Of a stretch of DNA of 64,000 nt, positions 27,736-39,260 are shown one piece after another. The notes beneath the pieces are model-generated. The model was not told the DNA's origin, made no database searches, and saw only the letters and a list, made by a program, of their open reading frames with translations. The DNA is taken from contig CBDUSV010000001.1 of the NCBI GenBank assembly GCA_965369885.1, positions 603 to 64,602 of the forward strand. Direction: 5' to 3'. Position numbers and translations under genes: made by a program. Numbering within the stretch: position 1 is the first letter of the stretch; each line of letters starts with the position of its first letter. Source of the DNA: an uncultured bacterium (lineage in GTDB: Bacteria > Pseudomonadota > Alphaproteobacteria > SMXQ01).

Positions 27736-30354
27736 TTGGAAATGTCGGAAACCCCAGACGAACAGCCAGACGCGAAGAAAGAGAAAAAGCCGCTGACACT
27801 TGCGCGGCCGGGCCGTTTGGAGCTTAAGAAAACGGTCGAGGGCGGACAGATTCGCCAAGCCTTCTCCCATGGCCGGACCAAGGCGGTCAAGGTCGAGGTC
27901 AAGAAGAAGCGGACCTATACCCAAGGCGACAGCGGCGCCATGACCGAGGTCAAGGAAGGTCTGTTGCCGCAAGTGCCCGGGGTTTCCGTCGATGACATTT
28001 TTAAACCCGCCAAACCAAGCGGTGTCGCGGCGGACGCGCTGCGCGAACTGACCGAAGAGGAAAAGGCGACCCGCGCCCGCGCCCTCGAAGGCGCCATCCG
28101 TGCCGAGGCCACCGCCGATGCCACCGCCGAGGCCACCGCCGAGGCCACCGCCCTCAAGGAATTGGAAGAAGACCTGAAGATTGCCGAAGAACCGGCTCAG
28201 GTTGCCGAGGAGCCAACGGCGGACGCCGCCGAGGCCCCTGAAGTTACGGAACCCGAGGAAGACAAGCCGGCGTCCCCGGCCGCGGCCCCAGCCGAGAAAG
28301 CCAAGACGCCTGTCCAAATCAAACCAGCGGAGCCGTCACCTGCTCTCGAGGACGAGGACGGCGAGCGCGGCAAGGCCGGTGATCGCCGTGGGCGCAAGCC
28401 GGGCCGGGGTGACAACCGGCGGCCGAGCCTATCCTTGCGCAAGGATGCCGCGCGGCGCAGGCCCGGCAAGATGACCGTAACCCGCGCCCTTGACGATGAA
28501 AGCGAAGAGCGGGTCCGCAGCCTGGCGTCGGTTCGCCGCGCCCGCGAGCGCGAGAAACGCGCGCAGCAACAGCTGGCCTCGGGCGAACCGCTCAAGGTGG
28601 TCCGTGACGTGGTGATTCCGGAAACCATCACGGTTCAGGAACTGTCGAACCGCATGGCCGAACGGGCCGTCGATGTCATCAAGGCGCTGATGAACACCGG
28701 TACCATGGCCACCATCAACCAGGTTCTCGACGCCGACACCGCCGAGCTTGTCGCCGGTGAATTCGGCCACAATGTCAAACGTGTCAGTGAAGCGGATGTG
28801 GAGATCGGCCTCAAGGGCTCAGACGACGCCGATGCCAGCCTCGAAGACCGTGCTCCCGTGGTCACCGTCATGGGCCATGTCGATCACGGCAAGACATCGC
28901 TGTTGGACGCGTTGCGCAAAACCAATGTGGTCGGCGGCGAGGCCGGCGGCATCACCCAGCATATCGGGGCCTATCAGGTGAAGCTGGCCTCGGGGGCGAA
29001 TATCACCTTTCTTGATACTCCCGGTCACGAAGCCTTCACCGCCATGCGCTCCCGCGGCGCCAAGGTGACGGATATCGTCGTGCTGGTCGTCGCCGCGGAC
29101 GACGGCATCATGCCGCAGACCATTGAGGCGATCCATCATTCCAAGGCGGCGGAGGTGCCGCTCATTATCGCCATCAACAAGATCGACATCCCCAATGCGG
29201 ATACCGACCGCATTCGCCGCGATCTGTTGCAGCAAGACATCGCCGTCGAAACCATGGGCGGTGATGTTCTCACCGTGGAGGTTTCGGCCAAGGAAGGCAC
29301 CAACCTGGATAAGCTCGAAGAAGCCATCCTGTTGCAGGCGGAAATTCTTGAACTCAAGGCCAATCCCAACCGCTCCGCCGATGGCATCGTGGTTGAAGCC
29401 AGGATCGAGCGGGGACGGGGCAATGTCGCCACCGTCCTGGTTCAGCGCGGCACCCTCAAGGTCGGCGATATTTTCGTTGCCGGCAGCGAGTGGGGCCGGG
29501 TGCGCGCTCTGCTCGATGACCGTGGCCGGGAATTGGACCAAGCCGGACCGTCGATTCCGGTCGAAGTGCTGGGGTTGAACGGCACACCGCTGGCCGGTGA
29601 CGAGTTTGCCGTGGTCGAGGACGAAGCCCGGGCCCGCCAGATCACCGAATTCCGTTTGCGCCGGGCCCGCGATGCGATGGCCGCCGCCGGCGCGCGAGGC
29701 ACCGTCGAACAGATGCTGTCCGATATTGCCGCCGGCCAGGCCAAGGAACTGCCGCTCGTGGTCAAGGCGGATGTCCATGGCTCGCTGGAGGCCATCCTCG
29801 GCAGCCTCGAGAAAATGTCGACGGATGAAGTCGCGGTTCAGATCCTGCATTCGGCGGTCGGCGGCATCAACGAATCGGACGTGACCCTGGCCCAGGCGTC
29901 GAAAGCCTGGATCCTGGGCTTCAATGTCCGCGCCAATCCCCAGGCGCGCGAACTCGCCAGCCAGTCCAATACGGATATTCGCTATTATTCAATCATTTAC
30001 GATCTTACCAATGACGTGAAGGCGGCTCTAAGCGGCATGCTGTCGCCGACCATGAAGGAAACCATGTTGGGCAATGCGCAGATTCGCGAAGTGTTCAACG
30101 TTTCCAAGGTCGGCAAGATCGCCGGTTGCATGATCACCGATGGCACGGTCAAGCGCGGCGCCAAGGTGCGCCTGATCCGCGACAGCGTCGTCATCCACGA
30201 AGGTGCCCTCAAGACCCTCAAGCGCTTCAAGGATGAAGTCCGCGATGTCAAGGAGGGCTATGAATGCGGCATGGCCTTCGAGAACTACCAGGACATCCAG
30301 ACCGGTGATGTCATCGAGTGCTTCGAGGTTGAAGAAATTGCCCGGACGCTCTGA
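27736..30354 (+). CDS. infB: Translation initiation factor IF-2
   Basis: The 872-aa protein has a GTPase G-domain ([12 protein letters not shown]…DTPGHEAF…NKID) and a low-complexity Ala/Glu-rich N-terminus. Confidence 0.95.
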   Translation: MEMSETPDEQPDAKKEKKPLTLARPGRLELKKTVEGGQIRQAFSHGRTKAVKVEVKKKRTYTQGDSGAMTEVKEGLLPQVPGVSVDDIFKPAKPSGVAADALRELTEEEKATRARALEGAIRAEATADATAEATAEATALKELEEDLKIAEEPAQVAEEPTADAAEAPEVTEPEEDKPASPAAAPAEKAKTPVQIKPAEPSPALEDEDGERGKAGDRRGRKPGRGDNRRPSLSLRKDAARRRPGKMTVTRALDDESEERVRSLASVRRAREREKRAQQQLASGEPLKVVRDVVIPETITVQELSNRMAERAVDVIKALMNTGTMATINQVLDADTAELVAGEFGHNVKRVSEADVEIGLKGSDDADASLEDRAPVVTVMGHVDHGKTSLLDALRKTNVVGGEAGGITQHIGAYQVKLASGANITFLDTPGHEAFTAMRSRGAKVTDIVVLVVAADDGIMPQTIEAIHHSKAAEVPLIIAINKIDIPNADTDRIRRDLLQQDIAVETMGGDVLTVEVSAKEGTNLDKLEEAILLQAEILELKANPNRSADGIVVEARIERGRGNVATVLVQRGTLKVGDIFVAGSEWGRVRALLDDRGRELDQAGPSIPVEVLGLNGTPLAGDEFAVVEDEARARQITEFRLRRARDAMAAAGARGTVEQMLSDIAAGQAKELPLVVKADVHGSLEAILGSLEKMSTDEVAVQILHSAVGGINESDVTLAQASKAWILGFNVRANPQARELASQSNTDIRYYSIIYDLTNDVKAALSGMLSPTMKETMLGNAQIREVFNVSKVGKIAGCMITDGTVKRGAKVRLIRDSVVIHEGALKTLKRFKDEVRDVKEGYECGMAFENYQDIQTGDVIECFEVEEIARTL

Positions 30355-30405
30355 GGTCTCCCGGGATCTTGGGCCGAACGTGGGTCAAGGCGTGGGGAAA
30401 AAAGC

Positions 30406-30837
30406 ATGACACGACGGCATTCCACCCGCCTGGACCGCGCCCCCAGCCAACGCCAATTGCGCGTCGCCGAGGAAATTCGCCATGCCTTGGCGCGGATCCT
30501 GGAACGCACGCACTTCCGCGATCCCCTGCTCGCCGAGACCTCGATCACCGTCTCGGAAGTGCGCCTCAGCCCCGATCTGCGCCAGGCCACGGTCTTCGTC
30601 ATGCCCTTGGGCGGGGCCAACCAGGATCCGGTTGTCGGTGCGCTCAACCACGCGGTGTCCTTCCTGCGCGGCCAACTCGCCCATGAGGTCTCCATGAGGC
30701 ACCTGCCGGCCCTGGTCTTCACCATCGACCAGACCTTCGCCGAGGCCTCGCGGGTCACCGATTTGCTGCATAGCCCCGACGTCGCCCGCGATCTCAAAGC
30801 CGAGCCATCGGCGGAAAACGAAGGCGATGGGGCGTAG
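30406..30837 (+). CDS. rbfA: Ribosome-binding factor A
   Basis: The protein has a KH-like RbfA fold (…RQLRVAEEIRHALARIL…). Confidence 0.9.
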   Translation: MTRRHSTRLDRAPSQRQLRVAEEIRHALARILERTHFRDPLLAETSITVSEVRLSPDLRQATVFVMPLGGANQDPVVGALNHAVSFLRGQLAHEVSMRHLPALVFTIDQTFAEASRVTDLLHSPDVARDLKAEPSAENEGDGA

Positions 30838-31765
30838 GCGGCGCCCGCCCCCCGGCGCCCGGCCGCTGCATGGTTGGGTGGTGATCGACAAGCCCCGGGG
30901 CATCACCTCCGCCGCCGTGGTCACCCGCGTGCTCAGGGGGTTGCGCGCCACCAGGGCGGGCCATGGCGGGACCTTGGATCCCCTGGCCACCGGGGTTTTG
31001 CCGATTGCCCTGGGCGAGGCCACCAAGACCGTGGCCTATGTCATGAATGGCGACAAAACCTACCGCTTTGTCCTCGCTTGGGGCGAGGCCCGCAGCACCG
31101 GGGATACCGAGGGCGAGGTCACCGAGACCAGCGATATCCGCCCCTTACGCCAACAGATCGAGGCGGTTCTCGCCGATTTCACCGGCAAGATCTGGCAGGT
31201 GCCGCCGGCCTACTCGGCGATCAAGGTTGATGGCCAGCGCGCCTATAAATTGGCCCGGGCCGAGCGCGATTTCTCCCTGAAGGCCAGGGAAGTCGAGATC
31301 CATCGCATCGAGCTCATGGATATCCTTGACCACGATCATGCCGAATTCGAGGTTTCCTGCGGAAAAGGGGTCTATATCCGCAGCCTCGCCAGCGATATCG
31401 CAACCCGGCTGGGGACCGTCGGTCACGTCCATTCCCTGCGCCGGACCCGGGTCGGGCCGTTTGCCGAAGATGTGGCGATTTCGCTAGATAAACTGGAAAT
31501 CCTCGGGCATAGTGCCGCCCAACCTGAGTGTTTGTTTCCGATCGAGACCGTGCTGGACGACATCCCGGCCCTGGCCCTGACGGAAAATCAGGCCCAATTC
31601 CTGCGTACGGGAAGGGCCGTTCAGGTGTTCCGCACCGGAAATTCGGAGATTCCCAAGGAAATGTCCGAAGGTGCGGTCGTCTATGCGACGGCCGGTGGTA
31701 AACCTGTGGCGTTGGCGCGAATGGAAGGCGGCATGCTACAGCCGGTACGTGTTTTGAACCTTTAG
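30827..31765 (+). CDS. truB: tRNA pseudouridine(55) synthase TruB
   Basis: The protein has the catalytic Asp motif (GHGGTLDPLATGVLPI) and a PUA-like C-terminus. The start is uncertain and overlaps the rbfA end. Confidence 0.9.
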   Translation: MGRRRRPPPGARPLHGWVVIDKPRGITSAAVVTRVLRGLRATRAGHGGTLDPLATGVLPIALGEATKTVAYVMNGDKTYRFVLAWGEARSTGDTEGEVTETSDIRPLRQQIEAVLADFTGKIWQVPPAYSAIKVDGQRAYKLARAERDFSLKAREVEIHRIELMDILDHDHAEFEVSCGKGVYIRSLASDIATRLGTVGHVHSLRRTRVGPFAEDVAISLDKLEILGHSAAQPECLFPIETVLDDIPALALTENQAQFLRTGRAVQVFRTGNSEIPKEMSEGAVVYATAGGKPVALARMEGGMLQPVRVLNL

Positions 31766-31781
31766 ATAATGGAGTAATGCG

Positions 31782-32051
31782 ATGTCGATAACGCCCCAAC
31801 GCAAGGGCGAGCTGGTCGAACAATATGCGACCGCCAAGGGCGACACCGGTTCGCCCGAAGTCCAGGTAGCCATTCTCAGCGAACGAATCGTTAATCTGAC
31901 CGAGCACCTGAAAGCGCATAAGCATGACCACCACTCACGGCGCGGCCTCATCATCATGGTGGGGAAACGCCGGCGGTTGCTGGACTATCTCAAGCGCAAA
32001 AACGAAGACCGATACGGCACATTGATCAAAGGCCTGGGGCTACGCCGCTAA
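31782..32051 (+). CDS. rpsO: 30S ribosomal protein S15
   Basis: The 89-aa protein shows classic S15 sequence (…[15 protein letters not shown]…). Confidence 0.95.
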   Translation: MSITPQRKGELVEQYATAKGDTGSPEVQVAILSERIVNLTEHLKAHKHDHHSRRGLIIMVGKRRRLLDYLKRKNEDRYGTLIKGLGLRR

Positions 32052-32231
32052 GCCATTGTCGTGTGCAACCGCCGCGTCCGGTGACAAGGCGGGAAATCAC
32101 AGTTTGTCAATCCAAGGCATGTTTGGCGCCGCGGTCAAAGCCCGTGGCGATGTAAGTGTTGGAAGAGAGATGGATATAAATCAACGGCGCGTTCGTCATA
32201 GGGGCGCCCGCGCCATGGAAGGAAGATAATA

Positions 32232-34361
32232 ATGTTTAATATAATTACCAAAGAACTTGAGTTGGGCGGCCGCAAGCTGGTCATGGAGACCGGAAGAATG
32301 GCCCGCCAGGCCGATGGCGCGGTCCTCGTCACCTATGGCGAGACCACGATCCTGTGCACCGCCGTCGCCCAGAAGACACCGAAGCAGGGCATCGACTTTT
32401 TCCCGCTGACGGTCAACTACCAGGAAAAGACTTTTGCCGCCGGCAAGATTCCGGGAGGCTTCTTCAAGCGTGAAGGCCGTCCCAGCGAGAAGGAAACCCT
32501 GACCTCGCGCCTCATCGACCGGCCGATCCGGCCATTGTTTCACCCCAATTTCCGCAATGAAACCCAGGTCATCTGCACCGTGATCAGTCATGATCTGGAA
32601 AACGATCCCGACATTCCCGCCCTGATCGGCGCGTCGGCGGCGCTGACCATTTCCGGCATCCCCTTCATGGGGCCGATCGCCGGCGCCCGGGTCGGCTATA
32701 TCGACGGCGAATATGTGCTCAACCCCCAGATCGACGAGATGCCCAATTCCAAGCTCGACTTGGTGATGGCGGGCACCAATGACGGGGTCTTGATGGTCGA
32801 ATCCGAGGCCGGCGAGCTGTCGGAACAGGTCATGCTCGGTGCCGTCATGTTCGGCCACAAGGAATGCCAGAAAGTCATCAGCGCCATCATCGAACTGGCC
32901 GAGGACGCCGCCAAGGAGCCCTGGGCCATCGCCGATGCCCCCGCCGAGACCGAGACCGTGGCCGACCGCATTCGCGAACTGGCCGAAAGCGATCTTCGCA
33001 GCGCCTATGAAGAGGTCGATAAACAGACCCGCACCGACAAGATCGCGAACGTCAAGTCGGCGGTGTCCGAAACCCTCATAGCGGAAGAACTTGATCCCAA
33101 CCTATTCGGAGCTCAGTTCAAGAAGTTGGAAAAGGACATCGTCCGTGGCGCGATCCTCGAGACCGGCAAACGCATCGATGGCCGCGATACCTCCACGGTG
33201 CGCCAGATCATGGGCGAGGTCGGCGTGCTGCCGCGCGCCCATGGCAGCGCGCTGTTCACCCGCGGTGAAACCCAGGCCCTGGTGGTCGCCACCCTGGGCA
33301 CCGGCCAGGATGAGCAGATCATCGATGCCCTGTCCGGCGATTACCGGGAACATTTCCTGCTGCATTACAACTTCCCACCCTATTCGGTGGGCGAGGCGTC
33401 GTTCCTGCGTTCACCGGGCCGCCGCGAGATCGGCCACGGCAAACTGGCGTGGCGCGCGCTGCGTCCGGTGATGCCGACCAAGGAGGATTTCCCCTACACC
33501 ATCCGCGTGGTGTCCGAGATCACCGAATCCAACGGCTCGTCCTCGATGGCGACGGTGTGCGGATCGGCGCTTTCGATGATGGATGCCGGCGTGCCGCTGT
33601 CGAAACCGGTGGCCGGCATCGCCATGGGCCTGATCAAGGAAGGCGATAAGTTCGCGGTGCTGTCCGACATTCTGGGTGACGAGGATCATCTCGGCGACAT
33701 GGATTTCAAGGTCGCCGGCACCACCGATGGCATCACCGCCCTGCAGATGGACATCAAGATCACCTCGATCACCGAGGAGATCATGGCCACCGCCCTGGAT
33801 CAGGCCTTGGCGGGACGCCAGCACATCCTTGGCGAGATGTCCAAGGCCCTGGACCACGCCCGAGCCGAGGTCAGCGCCAACGCGCCCCGTATCACCACCA
33901 TGCAGATCCCCAAGGACAAGATCCGCGAGGTCATCGGCACCGGCGGCAAGGTCATCCGGGAAATCTGCGAGACCACCGGGGCCAAGATCGACATCGAGGA
34001 TGACGGCACCATCAAGGTGGCGGCGGTCGAGGCCAAGGCCGCCGAAGAAGCCGTCGAATGGATCCGCTCCATCGTCGCCGAGCCCGAGATCGGGACCATC
34101 TATTCCGGCAAGGTGGTGAAGGTGGTCGATTTCGGCGCCTTCGTGAACTTCCTGGGCTCCCGGGACGGCCTGGTCCATATCAGCGAGCTCATCGAAGGAC
34201 GCTGCAACAAGGTCACCGACGTGGTGAATGAGGGCGACATGGTCAAGGTCAAGGTGTTGGCCATCGACGACCGCGGCAAGGTCCGCCTCAGCCTGCGCGC
34301 CGTCAATCAGGAAACCGGCGAGGACATCACCAAATCCAAGGATTCCACGGCGGCCGAATAA
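32232..34361 (+). CDS. pnp: Polyribonucleotide nucleotidyltransferase (PNPase)
   Basis: The 709-aa protein has two RNase PH domains, a KH domain and an S1 domain. A 180-nt leader follows rpsO. Confidence 0.95.
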   Translation: MFNIITKELELGGRKLVMETGRMARQADGAVLVTYGETTILCTAVAQKTPKQGIDFFPLTVNYQEKTFAAGKIPGGFFKREGRPSEKETLTSRLIDRPIRPLFHPNFRNETQVICTVISHDLENDPDIPALIGASAALTISGIPFMGPIAGARVGYIDGEYVLNPQIDEMPNSKLDLVMAGTNDGVLMVESEAGELSEQVMLGAVMFGHKECQKVISAIIELAEDAAKEPWAIADAPAETETVADRIRELAESDLRSAYEEVDKQTRTDKIANVKSAVSETLIAEELDPNLFGAQFKKLEKDIVRGAILETGKRIDGRDTSTVRQIMGEVGVLPRAHGSALFTRGETQALVVATLGTGQDEQIIDALSGDYREHFLLHYNFPPYSVGEASFLRSPGRREIGHGKLAWRALRPVMPTKEDFPYTIRVVSEITESNGSSSMATVCGSALSMMDAGVPLSKPVAGIAMGLIKEGDKFAVLSDILGDEDHLGDMDFKVAGTTDGITALQMDIKITSITEEIMATALDQALAGRQHILGEMSKALDHARAEVSANAPRITTMQIPKDKIREVIGTGGKVIREICETTGAKIDIEDDGTIKVAAVEAKAAEEAVEWIRSIVAEPEIGTIYSGKVVKVVDFGAFVNFLGSRDGLVHISELIEGRCNKVTDVVNEGDMVKVKVLAIDDRGKVRLSLRAVNQETGEDITKSKDSTAAE

Positions 34362-34383
34362 GGCCCCTCACGGGCCGGTTTTT
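34362..34383 (+). terminator. Rho-independent terminator after pnp (hairpin 1)
   Basis: The hairpin is GGCCC-ctcac-GGGCC, followed by GGTTTTT. Confidence 0.6.
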
Positions 34384-34390
34384 GGAATTG

Positions 34391-34432
34391 AACGGGCGCC
34401 ATCGCCCTTGGTGGTGGCGCCCGTTATTTTTT
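34391..34432 (+). terminator. Second intrinsic terminator after pnp (tandem)
   Basis: A perfect 10-bp stem (AACGGGCGCC … GGCGCCCGTT) with a 15-nt loop is followed by ATTTTTT. It overlaps the stop codon of the convergent lipoprotein gene. Confidence 0.6.
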
Positions 34433-35089
34433 GCCGTGAAGAAAACCAAGCCGGGCGTGGAATTGCCGGGCCCAAAGCCGGAAGGCGCCCTCGACCTGGC
34501 GCCAACTGTTCAAGACCTGGGGCTTGGGGGTTCTATCCTGATTTTTGACAACGACGATGGCGACAAGCCGTTCATTGGTGACGGAATCGAGGACTTCGGC
34601 TTCGATATGGGCCCTCTTGGTCGATAGCAGGAATTTCATCCTGGCCGGTGATGCCAAGCTGGGGATGGGATTGTATATTTCGAGATTGGCGATGGCGCCA
34701 CGCAGCCGCAAGGTCCTTGGGCCGGGCCGCAGGGTCACCGGATAGGTGCTCCCGATGGCGTCGATCAAGGCGTTCTGGAAAATGACCGCAAGCCGGGCGA
34801 CATCCCTGGGATCGGTGGCTTGCAGTTGGGATTGGGCATGGTGGAAAATCGCCACCGGGTCGAACATGATGTTGTCGTAATTGGCCAGATTGGCCCCCGG
34901 TTTGCGGTAAACGAAGTCGCCTTTGGCGCCGGAAACCTTCTTGAGGGCGGAATAATCCACGAGAAATCCGGAAAAATGTTTCGGCTTGGCTTTGGCGCAG
35001 GCCACCAGCAACGCCAACGCCAAGGCCAGCCCCATCGCCGCCATGGCGCCGCGCTTGGAGATCGGGGATTTTGTTCCATTCATCGCCAT
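34424..35089 (-). CDS. Putative lipoprotein (DUF3313-like)
   Basis: The protein has a signal peptide with an LVAC lipobox. No catalytic motif was recognised. Confidence 0.4.
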   Translation of the reverse strand: MAMNGTKSPISKRGAMAAMGLALALALLVACAKAKPKHFSGFLVDYSALKKVSGAKGDFVYRKPGANLANYDNIMFDPVAIFHHAQSQLQATDPRDVARLAVIFQNALIDAIGSTYPVTLRPGPRTLRLRGAIANLEIYNPIPSLASPARMKFLLSTKRAHIEAEVLDSVTNERLVAIVVVKNQDRTPKPQVLNSWRQVEGAFRLWARQFHARLGFLHGKK

Positions 35090-35269
35090 GGGTGGGGTCC
35101 AGATCGGTGCCGGAGAGGCTTAAATGCTGGGTAAGTCCTTACACCGGAAGAAATCTGGCATAAAGCTGGTCAATTGCCAAATTCGTTCATATATGGGGTA
35201 TTAGAATTATTTTAAATTGTTGCCTGGGCCCACCGGAAACCCGTAACATCCGCAGATATTGGGTCCATA

Positions 35270-36679
35270 ATGAGTGTAAGGATGAAGTCGCTTAATCCAT
35301 TGATGATTTCCGGGCGCGAAGCCTTGCCCCTGGTCGAAGGCGGCAAGGGCGTCGCCGTTTCCAATGGGGAAACCTCGGGCTTCTGGGCCGCCAGCGGCGG
35401 GGTGGGCACGTTTTCGGGCGTCAACGCCGATTCCTATGACCACAACGGCGATCTGATCCCGATCATCTATCGTGGCCGGACCCGGCGTGAACGCCATGAA
35501 GAGCTGGTGGCCTACGCCATCGAGGGCGGCATCACCCAGGCCCGCATCGCCCATGATATCGCCAACGGGGCGGGGCCGATCCACATGAACATCCTGTGGG
35601 AGATGGGCGGTGCCGAACGGGTCTTGAAGGGTGTTCTCGAAGGCGCCAAGGGGTTGGTCCAGGGCGTGACCTGTGGCGCCGGCATGCCCTACCGCATCGC
35701 CGAGATCTGCGCCAGGTTCGGGGTTCATTACTACCCCATCGTGTCTTCGGCCCGGGCTTTCCGCGCCCTGTGGAAGCGGGCCTACCACAGATTCTCGGAA
35801 TTGCTCGGCGGCGTGGTCTATGAGGATCCCTGGAAAGCCGGCGGTCACAACGGCCTGTCCAACAGCGAAGATCCCGATATCTTCGAGCCCCCCCTGCCAC
35901 GGGTGTTGGAATTGCGCGGCATGATGCGCGACTATGGCCTCGGCGACACCCCCATCGTGATGGCCGGCGGGGTCTGGTTCCTGCGCGAATGGCAGGACTG
36001 GATCGACAATCCCGAGCTTGGACCCATCGCGTTTCAGTTCGGCACCAGGGCCCTTCTTACCAAGGAGAGCCCGATCGCCGATGATTGGAAACAGAAAATT
36101 CTGAACCTTGAAGAGGGCGACATCTTTCTCAACAAGTTCAGCCCGACCGGGTTCTATTCATCGGCGGTCAACAACGATTTCCTCAAGGAGTTGAAGGCCC
36201 GCAGCGACCGTCAGGTCGCCTATTCCGTCGAACCCGTGGGCGAGCTCGACACTCCGTTCCCGGTGGGCGCCCGTGGCCGGCTGGTCTATCTCACCGCGTC
36301 CGACCGGGCCCATGCCCAGGGCTGGGTCGATGAAGGCTACACCGAATCGCTACGCACCCCGGATTTCACCCTCATCTTCGTCACGCCGAGGAAGGTCAAG
36401 GAAATCCGCAAGGATCAGATCGAATGCATGGGCTGTCTTTCGTCCTGCCGGTTCTCCAACTGGGCCCATAACGAAACCGGGTCCACCGGCAAGAAGACCG
36501 ATCCCCGCTCCTACTGCATTCAGAAGACCCTGCAGACCATCGTCCATGACGGCGATGTGGAAAACCAACTCATGTTCGCCGGCCACAATGCCTACCGCTT
36601 CAAGACCGACCCGTTCTATGCCAACGGCTTCATCCCGACGGTGCGCGAACTGGTGGAGCGGATCGAGACCGGTGATTGA
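35270..36679 (+). CDS. Nitronate monooxygenase / 2-nitropropane dioxygenase family (NMO-like flavin oxidoreductase, TIM barrel)
   Basis: The family assignment rests on overall sequence similarity and is tentative. Confidence 0.45.
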   Translation: MSVRMKSLNPLMISGREALPLVEGGKGVAVSNGETSGFWAASGGVGTFSGVNADSYDHNGDLIPIIYRGRTRRERHEELVAYAIEGGITQARIAHDIANGAGPIHMNILWEMGGAERVLKGVLEGAKGLVQGVTCGAGMPYRIAEICARFGVHYYPIVSSARAFRALWKRAYHRFSELLGGVVYEDPWKAGGHNGLSNSEDPDIFEPPLPRVLELRGMMRDYGLGDTPIVMAGGVWFLREWQDWIDNPELGPIAFQFGTRALLTKESPIADDWKQKILNLEEGDIFLNKFSPTGFYSSAVNNDFLKELKARSDRQVAYSVEPVGELDTPFPVGARGRLVYLTASDRAHAQGWVDEGYTESLRTPDFTLIFVTPRKVKEIRKDQIECMGCLSSCRFSNWAHNETGSTGKKTDPRSYCIQKTLQTIVHDGDVENQLMFAGHNAYRFKTDPFYANGFIPTVRELVERIETGD

Positions 36680-36717
36680 GATCGCGCTGATGAAAAGAAG
36701 TTTTTTAAGATTAACAT

Positions 36718-36757
36718 TGTTCCCCAAGGGTAGCTATTGTAGCGTTCCCAAAGGGGT
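36718..36757 (+). promoter_or_regulatory. Operator-like arrangement upstream of the Irr-like gene
   Basis: Direct repeats (GTTCCCCAAGGG and GTTCCCAAAGGGG) flank a palindrome (GCTA-ttg-TAGC). Confidence 0.3.
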
Positions 36758-36801
36758 TATTTTGGGGATTGAATCGACTGCGTGTTGAAGGGTAAATAGC
36801 C

Positions 36802-37221
36802 GTGGATCGTCCTTATAGTCATATCCTGGATCGTCTCAAGATGGCGGGCCTGCGCCCGACCCGTCAACGCCTGGCGCTCGCCAAATTGTTGTTCGATGGC
36901 GGCCAACGTCATGTCACGGCGGAGCAACTCCATAGCGAGGCGATAGGCCAAGGCATCCGGGTGTCCCTCGCCACCGTCTACAACACCCTCCACCAGTTCA
37001 CCACGGCGGATTTTCTGCGTGAGATCGTCGTCGATTCGGGGCGGTCCTATTTCGACACCAACACCACCGACCACTATCACTTCTTTTTCGAAGATACCCG
37101 TGAACTCAAGGATATTTCCAAGGATGCCGTGAGCTTCGCCCATCTGCCGAAGCCTCCCAAGGGCACCAACGTAAAATGCGTCGATGTGGTCATCCGCGTC
37201 GAAAATTCCCGAAATTCCTGA
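36802..37221 (+). CDS. Fur family transcriptional regulator, Irr/PerR-like
   Basis: The protein has a Fur-type winged helix and an H-Y-H motif (TDHYHFFFED) in place of the canonical HHDH. It lies upstream of rubrerythrin and an ICE-type box. The start is either 36802 or ATG 36841. Confidence 0.65.
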   Translation: MDRPYSHILDRLKMAGLRPTRQRLALAKLLFDGGQRHVTAEQLHSEAIGQGIRVSLATVYNTLHQFTTADFLREIVVDSGRSYFDTNTTDHYHFFFEDTRELKDISKDAVSFAHLPKPPKGTNVKCVDVVIRVENSRNS

Positions 37222-37256
37222 GCATTTCCTACCGGCCGAAAACGCCGTAAAGTTAG

Positions 37257-37273
37257 TTTAGAGGCGTTCTAAA
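37257..37273 (+). promoter_or_regulatory. Irr-box / iron control element (ICE)-like operator
   Basis: The sequence TTTAGAG-gcg-TTCTAAA matches the alphaproteobacterial ICE consensus TTTAGAA-N3-TTCTAAA at 16 of 17 positions. Confidence 0.55.
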
Positions 37274-37295
37274 TTATTGACTCGCAGTGTTGATC

Positions 37296-37314
37296 GGTCC
37301 ATATAGTATGGACC
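37296..37314 (+). promoter_or_regulatory. Perfect inverted repeat, candidate second operator upstream of rubrerythrin
   Basis: The sequence GGTCCATA-tag-TATGGACC has two 8-bp arms with no mismatches. Confidence 0.4.
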
Positions 37315-37383
37315 AGGGCTTTATGGCGTAGACCGATCCGATTCCGAGAACCAAACCATTTCAATGCGTAAAGGAGAATGAAA

Positions 37384-37800
<417 letters not shown>

Positions 37801-37898
37801 GAACGAAAGACCAAGTCTATTGATTGTGAAGAGGGGGGCGCAGATGCCCCCCTTCTTGTCAGTTCCCATCGCCACGGACGGTGAACCGAGAGGGTGAC

Positions 37899-39260
37899 AT
37901 GGTTGAAGGTGGCCTCAAGGCGCCGGTGCGCCATCCGCTCGATTGGCAGAACCCGGATTTCTTCGATGGGGATTTGCTCGACGCCGAATTGCGCCGGGTG
38001 TTCGACATCTGTCACGGCTGCCGGCGCTGCTTTAACTTATGCGACAGTTTTCCGCGCCTGTTCGATCTCATCGACGATTCAGATACCGGCGAGCTCGATT
38101 CGGTCGAGAGCCGGGATTTCGCGCCCGTCATCGACGCCTGCACCCTGTGTGACATGTGTTTCATGACCAAGTGCCCCTATGTGCCGCCCCATGAGTTCAA
38201 TCTCGATTTCCCTCACCTCATGTTGCGCGCCCGCGCCATTGATTTTGCCCGCGGCAAGGTTGGCTTCACCGCCCGCCAAATGACCGAGACCGACCGCAAT
38301 GGGCGTCTTGCTAGGTTTGCGGCGCCGCTGTTCAATTGGGCAACCCGGCGCGGCAACTGGCTGGTGCGGCCGATCCTGGAACTTATCGCCTCCATCCACC
38401 GCGATGTGGAACTGCCGCGTTTCCAGGCCGAGACCCTGATGGCGCGGGCCAGGCTCGGGGCTAGGGAAATTGACCGCACTGCCCCCGCCCAAGGCCGCAA
38501 GGCGGTGATCTTCGCCACCTGTTTCACCAATTACAACAACCCCAAGGCCGGCATGGCGGCGCTGGGCGTCTTGGCCAAGAACGGTATCGCGGCCGAGATC
38601 TCCTATCCCGGCTGCTGCGCCATGCCCCAGCTCGAACATGGCGATCTTGACCGGGTTGCCGGCCAGGCGCGCAAGGTGGCGGCCCATTTCAAGGACCATA
38701 TCGCCCAGGGCTATGACGTCATCGCCCTGGTGCCGTCCTGCGCCCTGATGCTCAAATTCGAATGGCCTTTGTTGTTGCCGGGTGACGAGGATGTCTTACG
38801 ACTCGCCGCCGCGACCCGCGATATCTGTGAATATGTCGTGGACATCGCCGCCAATGAAGGCCTGGCGGCGGGGCTTGCGCCCATCGACGGCGGTGTTTCG
38901 CTCCACATGGCCTGCCATGCCAGGGCCCAGAATATGGGCCACAAGGCGGCGGACATGCTGCGCCTGATCCCCGGCATGGTGCCGGACGTGGTGGAGCGCT
39001 GCTCGGGCCATGGCGGCTCGCTGGGGATTACCAAGGACTATTTCGAGACCGCGGTGAAGCTTTGCCAGCCGGTGGCGAAGCGCGCCGCCGGGCATGACAA
39101 CACTCATTTCTGTTCCGAATGCCCCTTGGCCGCCAAGCATGTGGTCCAGTGCATGGAAAGCGTGAATGGGGACGCCACCGGGACCAAAGAACTGAGCCCC
39201 AGCCATCCCATCGAGATCCTGGCCCAGGCCTACGGCATTGATCCGGACGGCACGCGGTGA
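37899..39260 (+). CDS. Fe-S oxidoreductase, HdrD/GlpC-like (2x[4Fe-4S] ferredoxin domain plus two cysteine-rich CCG domains)
   Basis: The protein has CxxCxxC…CP motifs (CHGCRRCFNLCDSFP, CTLCDMCFMTKCPY) and CCG-type motifs (YPGCCAMPQ, CSGHGGS, FCSECP). A GAGAGGG Shine-Dalgarno precedes ATG 37899. Confidence 0.7.
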   Translation: MVEGGLKAPVRHPLDWQNPDFFDGDLLDAELRRVFDICHGCRRCFNLCDSFPRLFDLIDDSDTGELDSVESRDFAPVIDACTLCDMCFMTKCPYVPPHEFNLDFPHLMLRARAIDFARGKVGFTARQMTETDRNGRLARFAAPLFNWATRRGNWLVRPILELIASIHRDVELPRFQAETLMARARLGAREIDRTAPAQGRKAVIFATCFTNYNNPKAGMAALGVLAKNGIAAEISYPGCCAMPQLEHGDLDRVAGQARKVAAHFKDHIAQGYDVIALVPSCALMLKFEWPLLLPGDEDVLRLAAATRDICEYVVDIAANEGLAAGLAPIDGGVSLHMACHARAQNMGHKAADMLRLIPGMVPDVVERCSGHGGSLGITKDYFETAVKLCQPVAKRAAGHDNTHFCSECPLAAKHVVQCMESVNGDATGTKELSPSHPIEILAQAYGIDPDGTR

